Source of the DNA: Candidatus Bathyarchaeia archaeon
GTDB lineage: Archaea; Thermoproteota; Bathyarchaeia; Bathyarchaeales; Bathycorpusculaceae
Reading direction: 5' to 3'
Length of the DNA: 64,000 bases
Assembly (NCBI GenBank): GCA_050012255.1
Contig: JBEKHN010000003.1
Location: forward strand, 1-64,000
The notes under the pieces were generated by a model that was not told the origin of the DNA, did no database searches, and saw nothing but the letters and a program-made list of their open reading frames with translations. Within the stretch, counting starts at the first letter, position 1; every line of letters starts with the position of its first letter. Shown one piece after another: positions 39,518 through 49,795 of this stretch. The translations under genes were made by a program, and so were the position numbers.

Positions 39518-39811
39518 TCACTGCCTCTTTGCCATTTCATCTATCTTTCTGTTTAGAGCCTCAGATAAATTAATGTTGAAAACCTCGGAAAGAACAAGCA
39601 AATCCAGCATTGCCTGAGCAATCTCTTCTTTCAAGTTGCTTTCCTCGTATTCTCTCATTGGCAGGTTTTTGTTTACCAATTGCCGAGCTATTTCACCAAT
39701 CTCCTCCGAGAGATGAAAAAACACAAGCTCGGGCGTAAGCTCAACACCCAGCTCCGTAACCCGCTCTTTCTGAAGTCGGAAAACCCTCTTGCTAAATTCA
39801 ACGATGTCCAT
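39518..39811 (-). CDS. MazG-like nucleotide pyrophosphohydrolase
   Basis: HLSEEIGEIAR...KEEIAQ. Confidence 0.75.
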   Translation of the reverse strand: MDIVEFSKRVFRLQKERVTELGVELTPELVFFHLSEEIGEIARQLVNKNLPMREYEESNLKEEIAQAMLDLLVLSEVFNINLSEALNRKIDEMAKRQ

Positions 39812-40220
39812 GCCTGTCATTCTATTGCAACAGAATATTAGTATTCTCTTGGTGAGCACCTGCCACCTTTTCTTGGTAACGCAGAAAATCTAGAACACTG
39901 CCAGGGAGACCCTGACTTCATTCACTGAGTCTCCTACTGAGAATCTTGGTTTTTGGTATCGCGCGCCTTAGATGACTCGCCCGTGACGGATTTGATAGAT
40001 GATATTTAGTCTTTAGAAGCGTTTATTAACTTTCTTTGCCTGTTGACCGGAACTCGATTTCACGATTCTTTCGCTTCTGTTTTGTTCAGAGCTTCTATGG
40101 CCTGTTTTTTCAATTGACGTATTCTTTTCACTTGTTGCCGTAACCTTGTCAAAGAGGTCGTTTCTTGCCGCAAAGGTTTAATTTTTCCTTGTCTAGATTT
40201 ACCTGCGAGAGTGTGTCTAG

Positions 40221-40823
40221 TTGAAGGAACCTTTTGCCGACTTTGTTAAGGCTAAGTTAGAGCCCAGAACTCTACTGATTACATGTGGACTCCCAGGGAC
40301 CTGGAAAACAGAGACCTCAGAGGAGATCTCAAAAATCAAGGGATATCCCATCCTTCGAACCGATTTGATTCGACTGGAGGTTCTCAAGAAAGAGGACATT
40401 TTTGACGAAAAGGTCGCATCAAATATGAGCAAACGAGAGCTCGTCTATGATGAGACGTTTCGCCGAGCAGAAGATCTTGCAAAGACGGGAAGAGGCGTAA
40501 TATTGGATGCTACTTTTGTAACCCAAGAACTGCGAAGACGTGCTGCTGCGATTGCTGCAAAGCACAACATGACTTTTGCCATACTTCAGACTCACTGTTC
40601 TGAAGAAGTGTCAATTGCAAGGATTTTGAGAAGAACCAAAGAGAACTACGAGTCAAATGCCTTAACCAGAGAAGCTTATCTTAACAACAAGAAGAAGTTT
40701 GAGCCCGTTGACCTGGATGATTTGAAAAAGAGATACCCGGAACTCCGAATATTACACTTCACAGTCGACACTGAGTATGACCATACTGAGGATTGGTACA
40801 TAATCGGGATGGAAAAAAGGTAG
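40221..40823 (+). CDS. P-loop kinase (AAA_33/COG0645-like)
   Basis: CGLPGTWKT, RTDLIR, VILDATF. Confidence 0.82.
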   Translation: MKEPFADFVKAKLEPRTLLITCGLPGTWKTETSEEISKIKGYPILRTDLIRLEVLKKEDIFDEKVASNMSKRELVYDETFRRAEDLAKTGRGVILDATFVTQELRRRAAAIAAKHNMTFAILQTHCSEEVSIARILRRTKENYESNALTREAYLNNKKKFEPVDLDDLKKRYPELRILHFTVDTEYDHTEDWYIIGMEKR

Positions 40824-40837
40824 ATGGACCCCGTTTT

Positions 40838-41713
40838 ATGGTAATAGATTTGCATATTCATTCAAAAAGCTGTTCTGACGGAAACTTCACTGTTGAAGAA
40901 ATTGTTAAGGAAGCTAAAACCAGAAAAATCGGGTTAATGTCGATCACAGATCACGACTCAATTGGCTGTCAAGAAGAAGCCATGGCTTTGGCAAAGAAAA
41001 ATGGAATCCGCTATGTTGTTGGAGTTGAATTGAATGTAACCTTGTTGGACGCCAATTATTCGAAGGGCAAATTAGTGTCTCTAGATTTCTTGGGTTATCA
41101 ATTTGGCACGAAGAATAAGGAGTTAAGTGACAAGCTGATAAAAATCGCACAATATCGAGAGGAAAGAGCGGCGAGGATTTTGGACAAGATTAATGCAGAG
41201 TTTGAAAAAGAAGGACTCGAAAAATTAACCAAAAACGATTTGGGCGAGATTCAGAGTTCCGTTGACGGAGTTATTGGAAGGCCTCACATAGCAAACTATC
41301 TTGTTAGAAAGGGAGTTGTCAAAACAGGACAAGAAGCTTTTGACAGGTATCTTGTGAAATGCGATGTTCCCAAGTTTCCTCTTTACATCGAAGATGCTTC
41401 GAGACTTGTGAGAAATGCTGGAGGATTAGTAGTTTTGGCTCATCCTAACGATCCTCATGGGACCTCACTTGCAACCCTGACCAAATCTCTGCGAAAGCAG
41501 ACGGACATAATAGAAGAGTTGTTCTTAGGATGCATTGATGGCGTAGAGTGTTGGCACTCTAGAAATGACTCCGCAACGACGAATCATTACATAGAGTTTG
41601 CGAAGAAGCATGGACTAATCATGACTGGTGGAAGTGATTGCCATCAAAAGCCTATCCTGATGGGAACGGTGAAGGTCCCAGAATTTGTAGCTGATCAATT
41701 CAGCTTTAAGTGA
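40838..41713 (+). CDS. PHP-family phosphoesterase (TrpH/YciV-like)
   Basis: DLHIHS..SDG, ITDHD, GRPHIA, LAHP, GGSDCH. Confidence 0.9.
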   Translation: MVIDLHIHSKSCSDGNFTVEEIVKEAKTRKIGLMSITDHDSIGCQEEAMALAKKNGIRYVVGVELNVTLLDANYSKGKLVSLDFLGYQFGTKNKELSDKLIKIAQYREERAARILDKINAEFEKEGLEKLTKNDLGEIQSSVDGVIGRPHIANYLVRKGVVKTGQEAFDRYLVKCDVPKFPLYIEDASRLVRNAGGLVVLAHPNDPHGTSLATLTKSLRKQTDIIEELFLGCIDGVECWHSRNDSATTNHYIEFAKKHGLIMTGGSDCHQKPILMGTVKVPEFVADQFSFK

Positions 41714-41957
41714 ACTTCAGATGATTCGAACCGTGTCGGGTTAATACCAGACTTGATTTTTATTAACCAGAGCGCGGACCGTGCTTCATTACAACGAAGG
41801 CATCAAGTCTTTTCGTTGACAGAGGATGCGCATCTCAAAGGCTTGTGGTCTATCCCTGAATAACACGCTACTACTGGCAATCAGCCATCTGTCTCTTGAA
41901 GAAATCTCATAGCAAATGGTAAACCACGCGCACCCTGTCGAGTTTTCTTTTGGCTTG

Positions 41958-42965
41958 TCAAAGAGTTTCCGCGTAAGCGGACGCTAGTTGGAAGTATGCC
42001 TTTGCTTCTCTCATTGCTCCTCTCTTTTCTCCACTAGTTACACTGGTGTCTTCAAGTTTGAAACTGGCAACTTTTCCTCGCACGTAGGCTCGGTAGCATT
42101 TATAGAAAGGAAGAATCTTCATCAACTTTCGGTCTCCAGAATATTCGACATATCTCTTGACGAAAAAGTTAGACAGATCGGTTCGTCCTTTGAAGTCTAA
42201 ATCCATAGCTAAGAAGGCGATGTCGGAGGCAACGTCAGAATACCTAAATCTTTCGTTAAATTCAATCGCATCGAAGATGTAAATTCGGTCTGCCAAGAAG
42301 ATGTTACCCGAATGAATGTCCCCGTGACAGTCTTTGACTCGGCCCTCCTCAGCCCTATTCTGAAAAAAGGACATAGTTCTCTTCATGAAATCGTTGACTC
42401 TTTCACGGACTAGCTTGAAATCCTTCGTTGATATCGTTTTGCCGACAAATCTCGAAGTCTGATCGAAATTTTCCTTCCAATTGGTTTCTATTATCGCCAA
42501 GGAACCGAACTCGCTTATCCTCTTGTTCGTTTCCGCCTTTGAATGGAATTCAGCGATGATCTTCGCTATTCTGTCAATAAGCTCATTATCCACTTTGTTC
42601 TCTTCGAGTAACTTGTTCATCATCTTTTCCTGAGGCATCCTCTTCATCTTCACAGCATACTCGACAGTTTGTCCTTCGCCCCTGATTTTAATCACGCTTG
42701 ATCTGTTGATGGGAACAACTTCAAGATACATGCCTTCACACAAGCGTTTGTTGAGCTCTAGCTCTCTTTCGCAGAAGAACCGCCTCTTTTCGAGCGTTGT
42801 GAAGTCCAGAAATCCAAGATTCACAGCCTTCTTCACTTTGTAGACAAAGTTACTGGTTAAAAAGACGAAGGATATGTGGGTCTGGGTCAGTTCAATTCTA
42901 CCTGGTTGCTCATCATAAGCCTCAGGTTTCATTAAAGCTTCTACAACTTCCTTCTGAATAGACAT
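41958..42965 (-). CDS. Aminoglycoside-phosphotransferase-like kinase (COG2187-like)
   Basis: QTHISFVFL, YKVKK, DCHGDIHSGNI, FDAIEFN, YRAYVRGKV. Confidence 0.88.
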   Translation of the reverse strand: MSIQKEVVEALMKPEAYDEQPGRIELTQTHISFVFLTSNFVYKVKKAVNLGFLDFTTLEKRRFFCERELELNKRLCEGMYLEVVPINRSSVIKIRGEGQTVEYAVKMKRMPQEKMMNKLLEENKVDNELIDRIAKIIAEFHSKAETNKRISEFGSLAIIETNWKENFDQTSRFVGKTISTKDFKLVRERVNDFMKRTMSFFQNRAEEGRVKDCHGDIHSGNIFLADRIYIFDAIEFNERFRYSDVASDIAFLAMDLDFKGRTDLSNFFVKRYVEYSGDRKLMKILPFYKCYRAYVRGKVASFKLEDTSVTSGEKRGAMREAKAYFQLASAYAETL

Positions 42966-43047
42966 TTACTGGGTTTGCTTCCTTTAGACCAGTTGACAAC
43001 CTTTCTGTCGCTGATAGAACAATAATTAACCATATAGGGCTTTCCAG

Positions 43048-43225
43048 TAGCGCGCATGCCTGTTCCGAAAATGGTCAAAAATGGTTTTAATTCCGTCTGT
43101 TGAATTCCAGAAAGGCTTGTTGCTACAAGGAAAACATGGGCTGTGCGAAGTTCGACAATGTTTCTAAATCCCAAAAGAAGAATAAAAGCCATTTTTGGCC
43201 AATTTAGGAACACGCATGCGCGCTA
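43048..43225. mobile_element. MITE-like element, 178 bp, with 46-bp terminal inverted repeats
   Basis: 43048-43093 versus reverse complement of 43180-43225: 40/46 identical; both ends TA-GCGCGCAT; no ORF. Confidence 0.75.
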
Positions 43226-43251
43226 GACGGATTCATACCTGCTTTACTCAT

Positions 43252-43854
43252 CTACTTGCTCGGCTTTGATACAAAGCAACTATCTTTTATGAGAAATCTC
43301 CAAGGCAAATGCTTCCATTCCTTTGCATAGTCCACGTTAACCCTTGTTGTTTGAATGACCTGTTTCTCATTTACCGTCACACCTATCTCAATGCATAAAG
43401 GTGGAACACACAAGTCTGTACCATTTTGCTTTTTCGATATGCCCATGGCAATACAAAGCTTGCCTGGGCCATTGGCTAAACTGAATATCCGACTTCTGGC
43501 AGGACTCCTCCTTCTGATCATGAGTTCAACACCCTCTATCGGCTCTAGCGCTCTAACCAAGATTGCCTCCGGTTTTCCAACAAGGCTTCCGCTCGTGACG
43601 TCAAAACAAAAATACATTCCATAAACTTGATAGATGTATGCGTGTCCCTTGGGCCCGAACTGAACTTCTGTCCGCCGTGTCCGGAGATTGTTGTAGGCAT
43701 GAGATGCCTTGTCCTCTGGACCCATGTAGGCTTCTGTCTCAACGATTTTGCCTATTGTGGTTCCTTCTGTGTTCTCATGAACAAGGAATTTTCCAAGGAG
43801 CTCTTTCGCAACAGTTAATGTGTCTCTTTCATAGAATTTTCTGCTCAGGATCAT
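43252..43854 (-). CDS. mpg: 3-methyladenine DNA glycosylase (AAG/MPG family)
   Basis: IVETEAY, DKASHA, YGMY, LVRALEP, NGPGKLC. Confidence 0.93.
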   Translation of the reverse strand: MILSRKFYERDTLTVAKELLGKFLVHENTEGTTIGKIVETEAYMGPEDKASHAYNNLRTRRTEVQFGPKGHAYIYQVYGMYFCFDVTSGSLVGKPEAILVRALEPIEGVELMIRRRSPARSRIFSLANGPGKLCIAMGISKKQNGTDLCVPPLCIEIGVTVNEKQVIQTTRVNVDYAKEWKHLPWRFLIKDSCFVSKPSK

Positions 43855-43979
43855 CTGTGACAGTGAGGAGTTGAATCATAATAAATTCTTATCGCCCAAA
43901 TCCCTCTGCCTTTCACACGCGAAGCTGGATGTCTCATTAATGCGGTGGCAGCAAATACGTTCGACAACATTCTCTTGAG

Positions 43980-44168
43980 CTAACGCCCTGCTTTCATGAT
44001 AGCTAATGCCTTCAAAGGTCTCTTTTCTTGTGGTATGTTCACAACCATCACGGCCATCTTCCTAATGGCTTCTTCTGCTGCAAGTCGGGCCTCTTTTCTG
44101 GTTTCATATTCTCCTTTAAGCTCAATCCAGGGCAGGGTTTCGTCAACTCTTATCAACACGGTGTACAA
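43980..44168 (-). CDS. Small hypothetical protein
   Basis: 62-aa ORF, WIELKGEYETRKEARLAAE. Confidence 0.55.
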   Translation of the reverse strand: MYTVLIRVDETLPWIELKGEYETRKEARLAAEEAIRKMAVMVVNIPQEKRPLKALAIMKAGR

Positions 44169-44348
44169 GCCTTGACGCCTCTGAACGAGAAGTTGGTTGC
44201 AGCCATTAAAACGATTATGAATTCTGAATAATGACCCTAGATCAACATGCGATGGAGAACGAAAAACACCCGTTCCTTACCAAGGATACTGATTCTCCCT
44301 GCACTAGTACTATAAGGAGCAAGATCTGATTGTTATCGATGGTCCATT

Positions 44349-44741
44349 ATGCACAAAAAGAAGCAGAGTGCCAAAGAAAACAAGTTTGCATGTCCGAATT
44401 CGTCGTGTAGTCTGGTCTTTTCGAAGCCTGTGAAAGTCAGGAACGTTGGTTCCGAAGATTCACAATGTTATGATGCCTGTCCACATTGTCTGACCGCTAT
44501 CATCATAGAAGAAAGCGTTCCAGTTGTTGACGCGAAGCCTGGTGCAACGGTTGAGGATAATAAAGGACAGGAGGCTATCGTGAACAGCTCGGAAGAGGGG
44601 AGGACAAGGCCATCAACAGCTGTGCAGTGTGCGTACCATCTTGGATACCTGAATGAGCGGTCAAAGAATGAACAGATACCTGAAGATTGCATAGTTTGTG
44701 AAAACGTAGTGAAGTGTATGCTCAAAGCTGTCAACGGTTAA
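44349..44741 (+). CDS. Cys-rich zinc-binding hypothetical protein
   Basis: CPNSSC, CPHC, CAYHLGYL...CIVC...C. Confidence 0.65.
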   Translation: MHKKKQSAKENKFACPNSSCSLVFSKPVKVRNVGSEDSQCYDACPHCLTAIIIEESVPVVDAKPGATVEDNKGQEAIVNSSEEGRTRPSTAVQCAYHLGYLNERSKNEQIPEDCIVCENVVKCMLKAVNG

Positions 44742-44849
44742 GATGGCTGTGGACAAAAGGTTCGTTAGCTGACTTTAACCTTTTTGGCCTGCAGAAAGAA
44801 TCTGAACGATGATAGGCTTCTTCTGGAATAAAAAAACTGGGCGTCTTGG

Positions 44850-45245
44850 CTATTCTTCGCCTTTTTTCTTCCTTTCTGGCTTCTTTGTCTCTTCCTTTGG
44901 CGTTTCCTTTGGCGTTTCCTTTGGCATCTCTTCGGCTGGTTTTTCTTCAACAGTCGGCTTCTCTTCCTTTTCCATTTCACTTGTGATCTCTTCGATCGGC
45001 TTTGGCGGCGGTGTCGTAGCCATTGTCCAACCTATCCATGCGCCTATGCCCATAATAGCGATGAACGCGACCAGAACTGGTACCGCTATGACCCAGAATT
45101 GGACAGCCGAGGTATCTATGCCGAATGCATAGTTGAGCCATCCTGGATCAAAGAGCGTAATGACGTACAGAAGGCCAACTATCGCGCAGACGATGAATAT
45201 TGCTCCACCTATCGCTTGATCTTTACTAACCATTGACATCACCAC
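44850..45245 (-). CDS. Two-TM membrane protein with K/E/P-rich tail
   Basis: SKDQAIGG, WIGWTMATTPPPKP; 12-bp repeats encoding PKET. Confidence 0.75.
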   Translation of the reverse strand: MVMSMVSKDQAIGGAIFIVCAIVGLLYVITLFDPGWLNYAFGIDTSAVQFWVIAVPVLVAFIAIMGIGAWIGWTMATTPPPKPIEEITSEMEKEEKPTVEEKPAEEMPKETPKETPKEETKKPERKKKGEE

Positions 45246-45306
45246 ATGTTAGCCATGTTTATCTCTTTAATACCTTTTAAAGTTTACCATGTCTCAACGT
45301 GAGCTG

Positions 45307-46578
45307 TCATGTTGTACCCAGTTCCCATGTCGCTAGATATTTTCTCTGCTCCTTCGTCAGTTTGTCAACCTTGATGTGCATAGCGTCGAGTTTCAGTTTT
45401 GCCACGTCATCATCTATTTCTTTTGGCACCGGATAGACTTTCGGCGGTAGCTTCGCTTTTTTCGCTAGGTATTCAACGCAGAGAGCTTGGTTTGCAAAAG
45501 ACATGTCCATGACCTCGGACGGATGTCCTTCGGCTGCCGCCAAGTTCACAAGTCTTCCTTCGGCCAAGAGGTACAGTTTTCGTCCATCCTTAACCGTGTA
45601 CTCGTCGAGGTTTGGTCTGATGTTTCTCTTTTTGGTCGAGAGTTCTTCGAGGTCTTTGAAGTCTATTTCAACGTTGAAGTGTCCGCTGTTGGCTAGAATG
45701 GCGCCGTCTTTCATCCGCATCATGTGTTCTTTCCTTATCACGCTAGTATCGCCGGTTGCCGTCACGAAAATGTCGCCTATTGCAGCCGCTTCCATGATTG
45801 GCATAACGCGGAACCCGTTCATCGCGGCTTCAAGTCCCCGTAGTGGGTTCACTTCGGTGATGATCACGTTCGCTCCCATCCCTTGCGCTCTCATCGCGAT
45901 GCCTCTTCCACACCAGCCGTAACCGCAGACGACAAAGTTCTTGCCCGCTAGGAGGATATTTGTCGCTCTCAATATGCCGTCCAACGTGCTTTGGCCCGTT
46001 CCGTAACGGTTGTCAAACAAGTATTTGGTGTAAGCGTCGTTTACTGCTATTATTGGGTACTTGAGTGCACCCTTTTTCTCCATGGCTCTCAAACGAAGCA
46101 CGCCGGTGGTTGTCTCCTCTGTCCCGCCTTTGATTTTCGGCAAGGCCTGTTTTCTCTTGCTGTGTAGTGTGCCAACGAGGTCTGCTCCGTCGTCCAAAGT
46201 TATGGTAGGGGCAAGATCCAATGCTTTTTCAACGCACCAGTAGTATTCTTCGGTTGTTTCGCCTCGCCAAGCAAAAACGTTTACGCCTCTCTTTGCCAGC
46301 GCTGCTGCAACATCGTCCTGTGTTGAAAGGGGGTTGGAACCGCACAGTGCAACTCTTGCTCCTGCGGCGACAAAAGTATCAACGAGCACGCCTGTTTCTT
46401 TTGTCACGTGCAGACATGCCCCAAGGGTCAAGCCCTTGAGCGGCTTTTCTTTAGCAACTCTCTCCCTAACCTGAGTTAAAACTGGCATGTGCTTTGATGC
46501 CCATTCGATCTGCAGATCTCCACTGGAAGCTAAGGTTAGATCTTTGACTTTGAACTTTTCCATAATTGTTTTCTCCAT
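45307..46578 (-). CDS. ahcY: Adenosylhomocysteinase
   Basis: [40 protein letters not shown]. Confidence 0.97.
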   Translation of the reverse strand: MEKTIMEKFKVKDLTLASSGDLQIEWASKHMPVLTQVRERVAKEKPLKGLTLGACLHVTKETGVLVDTFVAAGARVALCGSNPLSTQDDVAAALAKRGVNVFAWRGETTEEYYWCVEKALDLAPTITLDDGADLVGTLHSKRKQALPKIKGGTEETTTGVLRLRAMEKKGALKYPIIAVNDAYTKYLFDNRYGTGQSTLDGILRATNILLAGKNFVVCGYGWCGRGIAMRAQGMGANVIITEVNPLRGLEAAMNGFRVMPIMEAAAIGDIFVTATGDTSVIRKEHMMRMKDGAILANSGHFNVEIDFKDLEELSTKKRNIRPNLDEYTVKDGRKLYLLAEGRLVNLAAAEGHPSEVMDMSFANQALCVEYLAKKAKLPPKVYPVPKEIDDDVAKLKLDAMHIKVDKLTKEQRKYLATWELGTT

Positions 46579-46712
46579 TACGTTCTGTGGCGGTTCGCTA
46601 TTTAAGGCTAAGTGCGGACTGGTTCACTCTTTGGCACTTCCCCTAGTTTCTCGGCTTGTATCGCTATATTTTTAACTTGTAACTGATAACTCTTCGTTTT
46701 GGATGTGATTTC

Positions 46713-47801
46713 TTGCTTGAGTTGAAGGCTGAAAGGGTGGAGGAGTATCTTTCAAGCGTCTATAAGGCAGCGGTCAAGGTCTTGCGAGTCGTGCCCTTGC
46801 GCAGCGGTCAGGTTGCTGACTTGAAAGGCTTCGGGTACGGGGTGCCCTACCTTATTGAGTGCAGTGTACACGGACAAACCAAGCGGTTAGTCTTGGAGAC
46901 CATGCGGCCTGAAGGCTTTGGGCATGACTACTTCTCTGATAGGGCCGCCATTCTGCTCTGGCAGCACTCCGCGTTTAACAAACTGCCTAGACACGTCAGT
47001 TCTGTTGATGTTGGCTCCTTTTCAAACGACGGAGAGACTTTGAAGTCGTTGGGAGACTGTGTCGAATTCTTCATCCTAACCGACTTTGTTGAAGGCTCAC
47101 CCTACCATGATGACTTAGACCGCATCAAAGAAACTTGCAAAGTGACGGATCTAGATGAGGAACGATGTGTGGCGCTGTCTGACTATCTTGTCGAGATCCA
47201 TTCGGTCAAGAAGAAGGATGCACCAGGACTCTATGTCAGGCGGATTCGTGACCTGACTGGACATGGTGAAGGCATTTTTGGGTTGGCAGACAGTTATCCC
47301 AGCAATTTAGGCTATGTTGATGAGAAGTACTTCGTTGAACTTGAAAAGAACTGTTTGGATTGGCGCTGGCGCCTGAAACACAAGGCTCACAGGCTCTCGC
47401 AAGTGCACGGAGACTTTCACTCTTGGAACGTTCTGTTCAGGCAGGGGTTAGATTTCACCGTTCTGGACCGCAGCAGAGGCGAATGGGGGGAGCCTGCTGA
47501 CGACGTTTCGGCTATGACGATCAACTACCTTTTCTATTCTTTGCAGACCTTCGGAGAGATGAACGGACCCTTCGGAAGGTTGTTCATACTTTTCTGGAAG
47601 AACTACTTGGACAAGACTGGCGACGACGAGATTTTGAAAGTCATTCAACCTTTCTACGCTTGGCGCAGTCTTGTCATAGCGTCCCCCTTGTGGTACCCGA
47701 ATCTGCCCCTGATTGCGCGGAAAAAGATCCTCCGCTTCGCCACCAAAGTACTCGAAGCCAGAGAATTTGAGGTTGAAAGCGTAAAGTCCTACCTAAAATA
47801 G
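46713..47801 (+). CDS. Aminoglycoside phosphotransferase family protein
   Basis: HGDFHSWN, VLDRSRGEWGEPADDV. Confidence 0.82.
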   Translation: MLELKAERVEEYLSSVYKAAVKVLRVVPLRSGQVADLKGFGYGVPYLIECSVHGQTKRLVLETMRPEGFGHDYFSDRAAILLWQHSAFNKLPRHVSSVDVGSFSNDGETLKSLGDCVEFFILTDFVEGSPYHDDLDRIKETCKVTDLDEERCVALSDYLVEIHSVKKKDAPGLYVRRIRDLTGHGEGIFGLADSYPSNLGYVDEKYFVELEKNCLDWRWRLKHKAHRLSQVHGDFHSWNVLFRQGLDFTVLDRSRGEWGEPADDVSAMTINYLFYSLQTFGEMNGPFGRLFILFWKNYLDKTGDDEILKVIQPFYAWRSLVIASPLWYPNLPLIARKKILRFATKVLEAREFEVESVKSYLK

Positions 47802-47904
47802 CATTTGCGACATTTCACCGCCGGCGTTAATCCAATATATCAACGGTGAGACTAAAGTATAAATAGGGTCAAGGGTAGGGTTTCTTGGGGCAAGGGGTTC
47901 AACC

Positions 47905-48024
47905 TTGAGCGTAGGGTCTTTAGACGACCTGAAGAGACTTCTCAGCGAGATGGGCTATTCTCCGAACGCAGTCAGTGAAATATTGAAATGGTACAGAGAG
48001 AACAGTTCTGACAGAAAAGCATGA
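47905..48024 (+). CDS. 39-aa small protein
   Basis: Not in ORF track; MSVGSLDDLKRLLSEMGYSPNAVSEILKWYRENSSDRKA; ATGA-coupled to the next gene. Confidence 0.5.
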   Translation: MSVGSLDDLKRLLSEMGYSPNAVSEILKWYRENSSDRKA

Positions 48025-48422
48025 AGGGCATCTACGTTCTCATAATCGCAATAGACAGGAACATCAACGTAGACACTGGCGCATTAGGCAACTTGAATCT
48101 TGAAAAGGGCCTGTACGCTTACGTGGGCTCAGCCCAAAACAACTTGGAAGAACGCATCAGGCGGCATCTCAGAACAGAGAAGGCGAAGTTTTGGCACATC
48201 GATTACTTGCTAGACAACTCGCCTGTCAAGGTTCTGAAAGTCTTCTACAAAAGAGCAGGAAAGCCAAAGGAATGCAAGATCGCCAGGGAACTTGCGAAGA
48301 AGGGTTTTCCAATACGAGGCTTCGGTAGTTCAGACTGCAAGTGTGAAAGCCACCTGATCAAGGTCGAAGACTATGAGTTTTTAAGAGAACACATGAGAGA
48401 AACTGTAGTGGGGCCATCATGA
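48021..48422 (+). CDS. GIY-YIG (DUF123/Uri) nuclease family protein
   Basis: KGIYVL, YAYVGSA, WHIDYL, GFGSSDCKCESHL. Confidence 0.88.
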   Translation: MKGIYVLIIAIDRNINVDTGALGNLNLEKGLYAYVGSAQNNLEERIRRHLRTEKAKFWHIDYLLDNSPVKVLKVFYKRAGKPKECKIARELAKKGFPIRGFGSSDCKCESHLIKVEDYEFLREHMRETVVGPS

Positions 48423-48997
48423 AAGAAGGAGCCTCGGCTAGACCGGGCTGGTGCGTTTGGGTCACAGGCCTGCCTGGAAGCGGCAAGTCCGTTGTGTCCG
48501 AAGCTCTGCTGAAGCTTCTGGATCAGGAGAGGGTCCAAGCTCAACTGTTGTCCGTGGACGCTCTACGCAAAGTTTTGACTCCTAAGCCATCCTACTCTTC
48601 CGAAGAACGTGACACGGTCTATGCAACCCTCGTCTACTTTGCTGAGCTTCTGACAGAGAATGGTGTGAACGTTTTGATCGACGCGACTGGCAACCTTAGA
48701 CGCTTCCGTGACAACGCAAGAAAGCGGATTCCAAAGTTCATCGAGGCCTATCTTGAGTGTCCAATGGAAGTTTGCATGGATCGTGAGGCCAGAAGAGGGA
48801 AGACTCACCTCGCTCCAAGGAAAATCTACTCACGGGCCCTGAAGGGTGAAACCCCAACTGTCCCCGGGATCGGGCAACCCTACGAGCCTCCTTTAAACCC
48901 TGAAGTAACGGTGAACACTGCCAAATGCTCGCCGCAAGAATCCGCAAGGGAAATACTGCAGAAGCTATTACTTGTTGAGACTGGAGAAAGAGAGTAG
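48419..48997 (+). CDS. Adenylyl-sulfate kinase-like P-loop kinase
   Basis: WVTGLPGSGKS, YLECP, PGIGQPYEPPLNPE. Confidence 0.8.
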   Translation: MKEGASARPGWCVWVTGLPGSGKSVVSEALLKLLDQERVQAQLLSVDALRKVLTPKPSYSSEERDTVYATLVYFAELLTENGVNVLIDATGNLRRFRDNARKRIPKFIEAYLECPMEVCMDREARRGKTHLAPRKIYSRALKGETPTVPGIGQPYEPPLNPEVTVNTAKCSPQESAREILQKLLLVETGERE

Positions 48998-49001
48998 GCT
49001 T

Positions 49002-49622
49002 TCAAGCATTCTTGACGTAGTTGAAAACAGCGTCTGCTTGCTCTTTCGAGATTTTCGAGTTTCGAAGGAGTCTTTCTGCTAGCTCGGTGACCTTTGCCAA
49101 GGCGTACACTCTGTAGCCAAGCTTTCCTAGGTTTTCTGCACCGTGCTGTTCCCTGTCAACCACTACTAGGATGTTTTCTACGCGGGCCCCAAGCTGCTCG
49201 AGAGGCTTTATTGCTTCCAGCTTGGACAAGCCCTCGCTGATAACATCATCAAAGAACAGAATCCTTTCGCCTTTTGCGACTTCTGCACCTGCAATTCTTC
49301 CTGACGCGCCGTACACTTTTTCCTCTTTCCTCACCACGGTGCACGGCAGGTTCGTTCGACAAGCGATGCTCGGCAGAATCAAGGCACCTTTCAACTCGAT
49401 CGAAGCTAATTTGTCTATCCTATCCTTGGCCTCAAGCATCCTAATCTTGTCTGCGGCAATGTCTGCAAGAGTGCTAAGGTCTTTGGGAGAGGAAAGCAGA
49501 CATGCAAGGTCAATGTAGTATGGGCTTAGGGCCCCAGATTTGATGTGGAAAGTGCCAAACTTCAAGCAACCGGAATGATACAGGGTTCCGGCAATCTCAG
49601 AAGTAGTATCAGCCATGATCAA
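49002..49622 (-). CDS. pyrE: Orotate phosphoribosyltransferase
   Basis: FGTFHIKSGALSPYYID, VRKE, FDDVISEGLSK, VVDRE. Confidence 0.85.
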   Translation of the reverse strand: MIMADTTSEIAGTLYHSGCLKFGTFHIKSGALSPYYIDLACLLSSPKDLSTLADIAADKIRMLEAKDRIDKLASIELKGALILPSIACRTNLPCTVVRKEEKVYGASGRIAGAEVAKGERILFFDDVISEGLSKLEAIKPLEQLGARVENILVVVDREQHGAENLGKLGYRVYALAKVTELAERLLRNSKISKEQADAVFNYVKNA

Positions 49623-49795
49623 CCCTCGTCAGGACTAGACGCACCCATATTTAATACTTGTCAGGGCGCGCACTACCGATGACATTGTCCACGTCAGGGA
49701 ATCAAACCAAATGTGAGCATTGCGGAAGCACAGTGTACGCGCAGGACATCTTTGAGAAGGTAAAATCACTGATTGGATGATGTTCGAGGAGTTCG

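Noticed and set aside
29500-44300. Integron cassette array
   Set aside because: Genes alternate in orientation, no consistent RYYYAAC...GTTRRRY attC sites were seen, and there is no IntI adjacent
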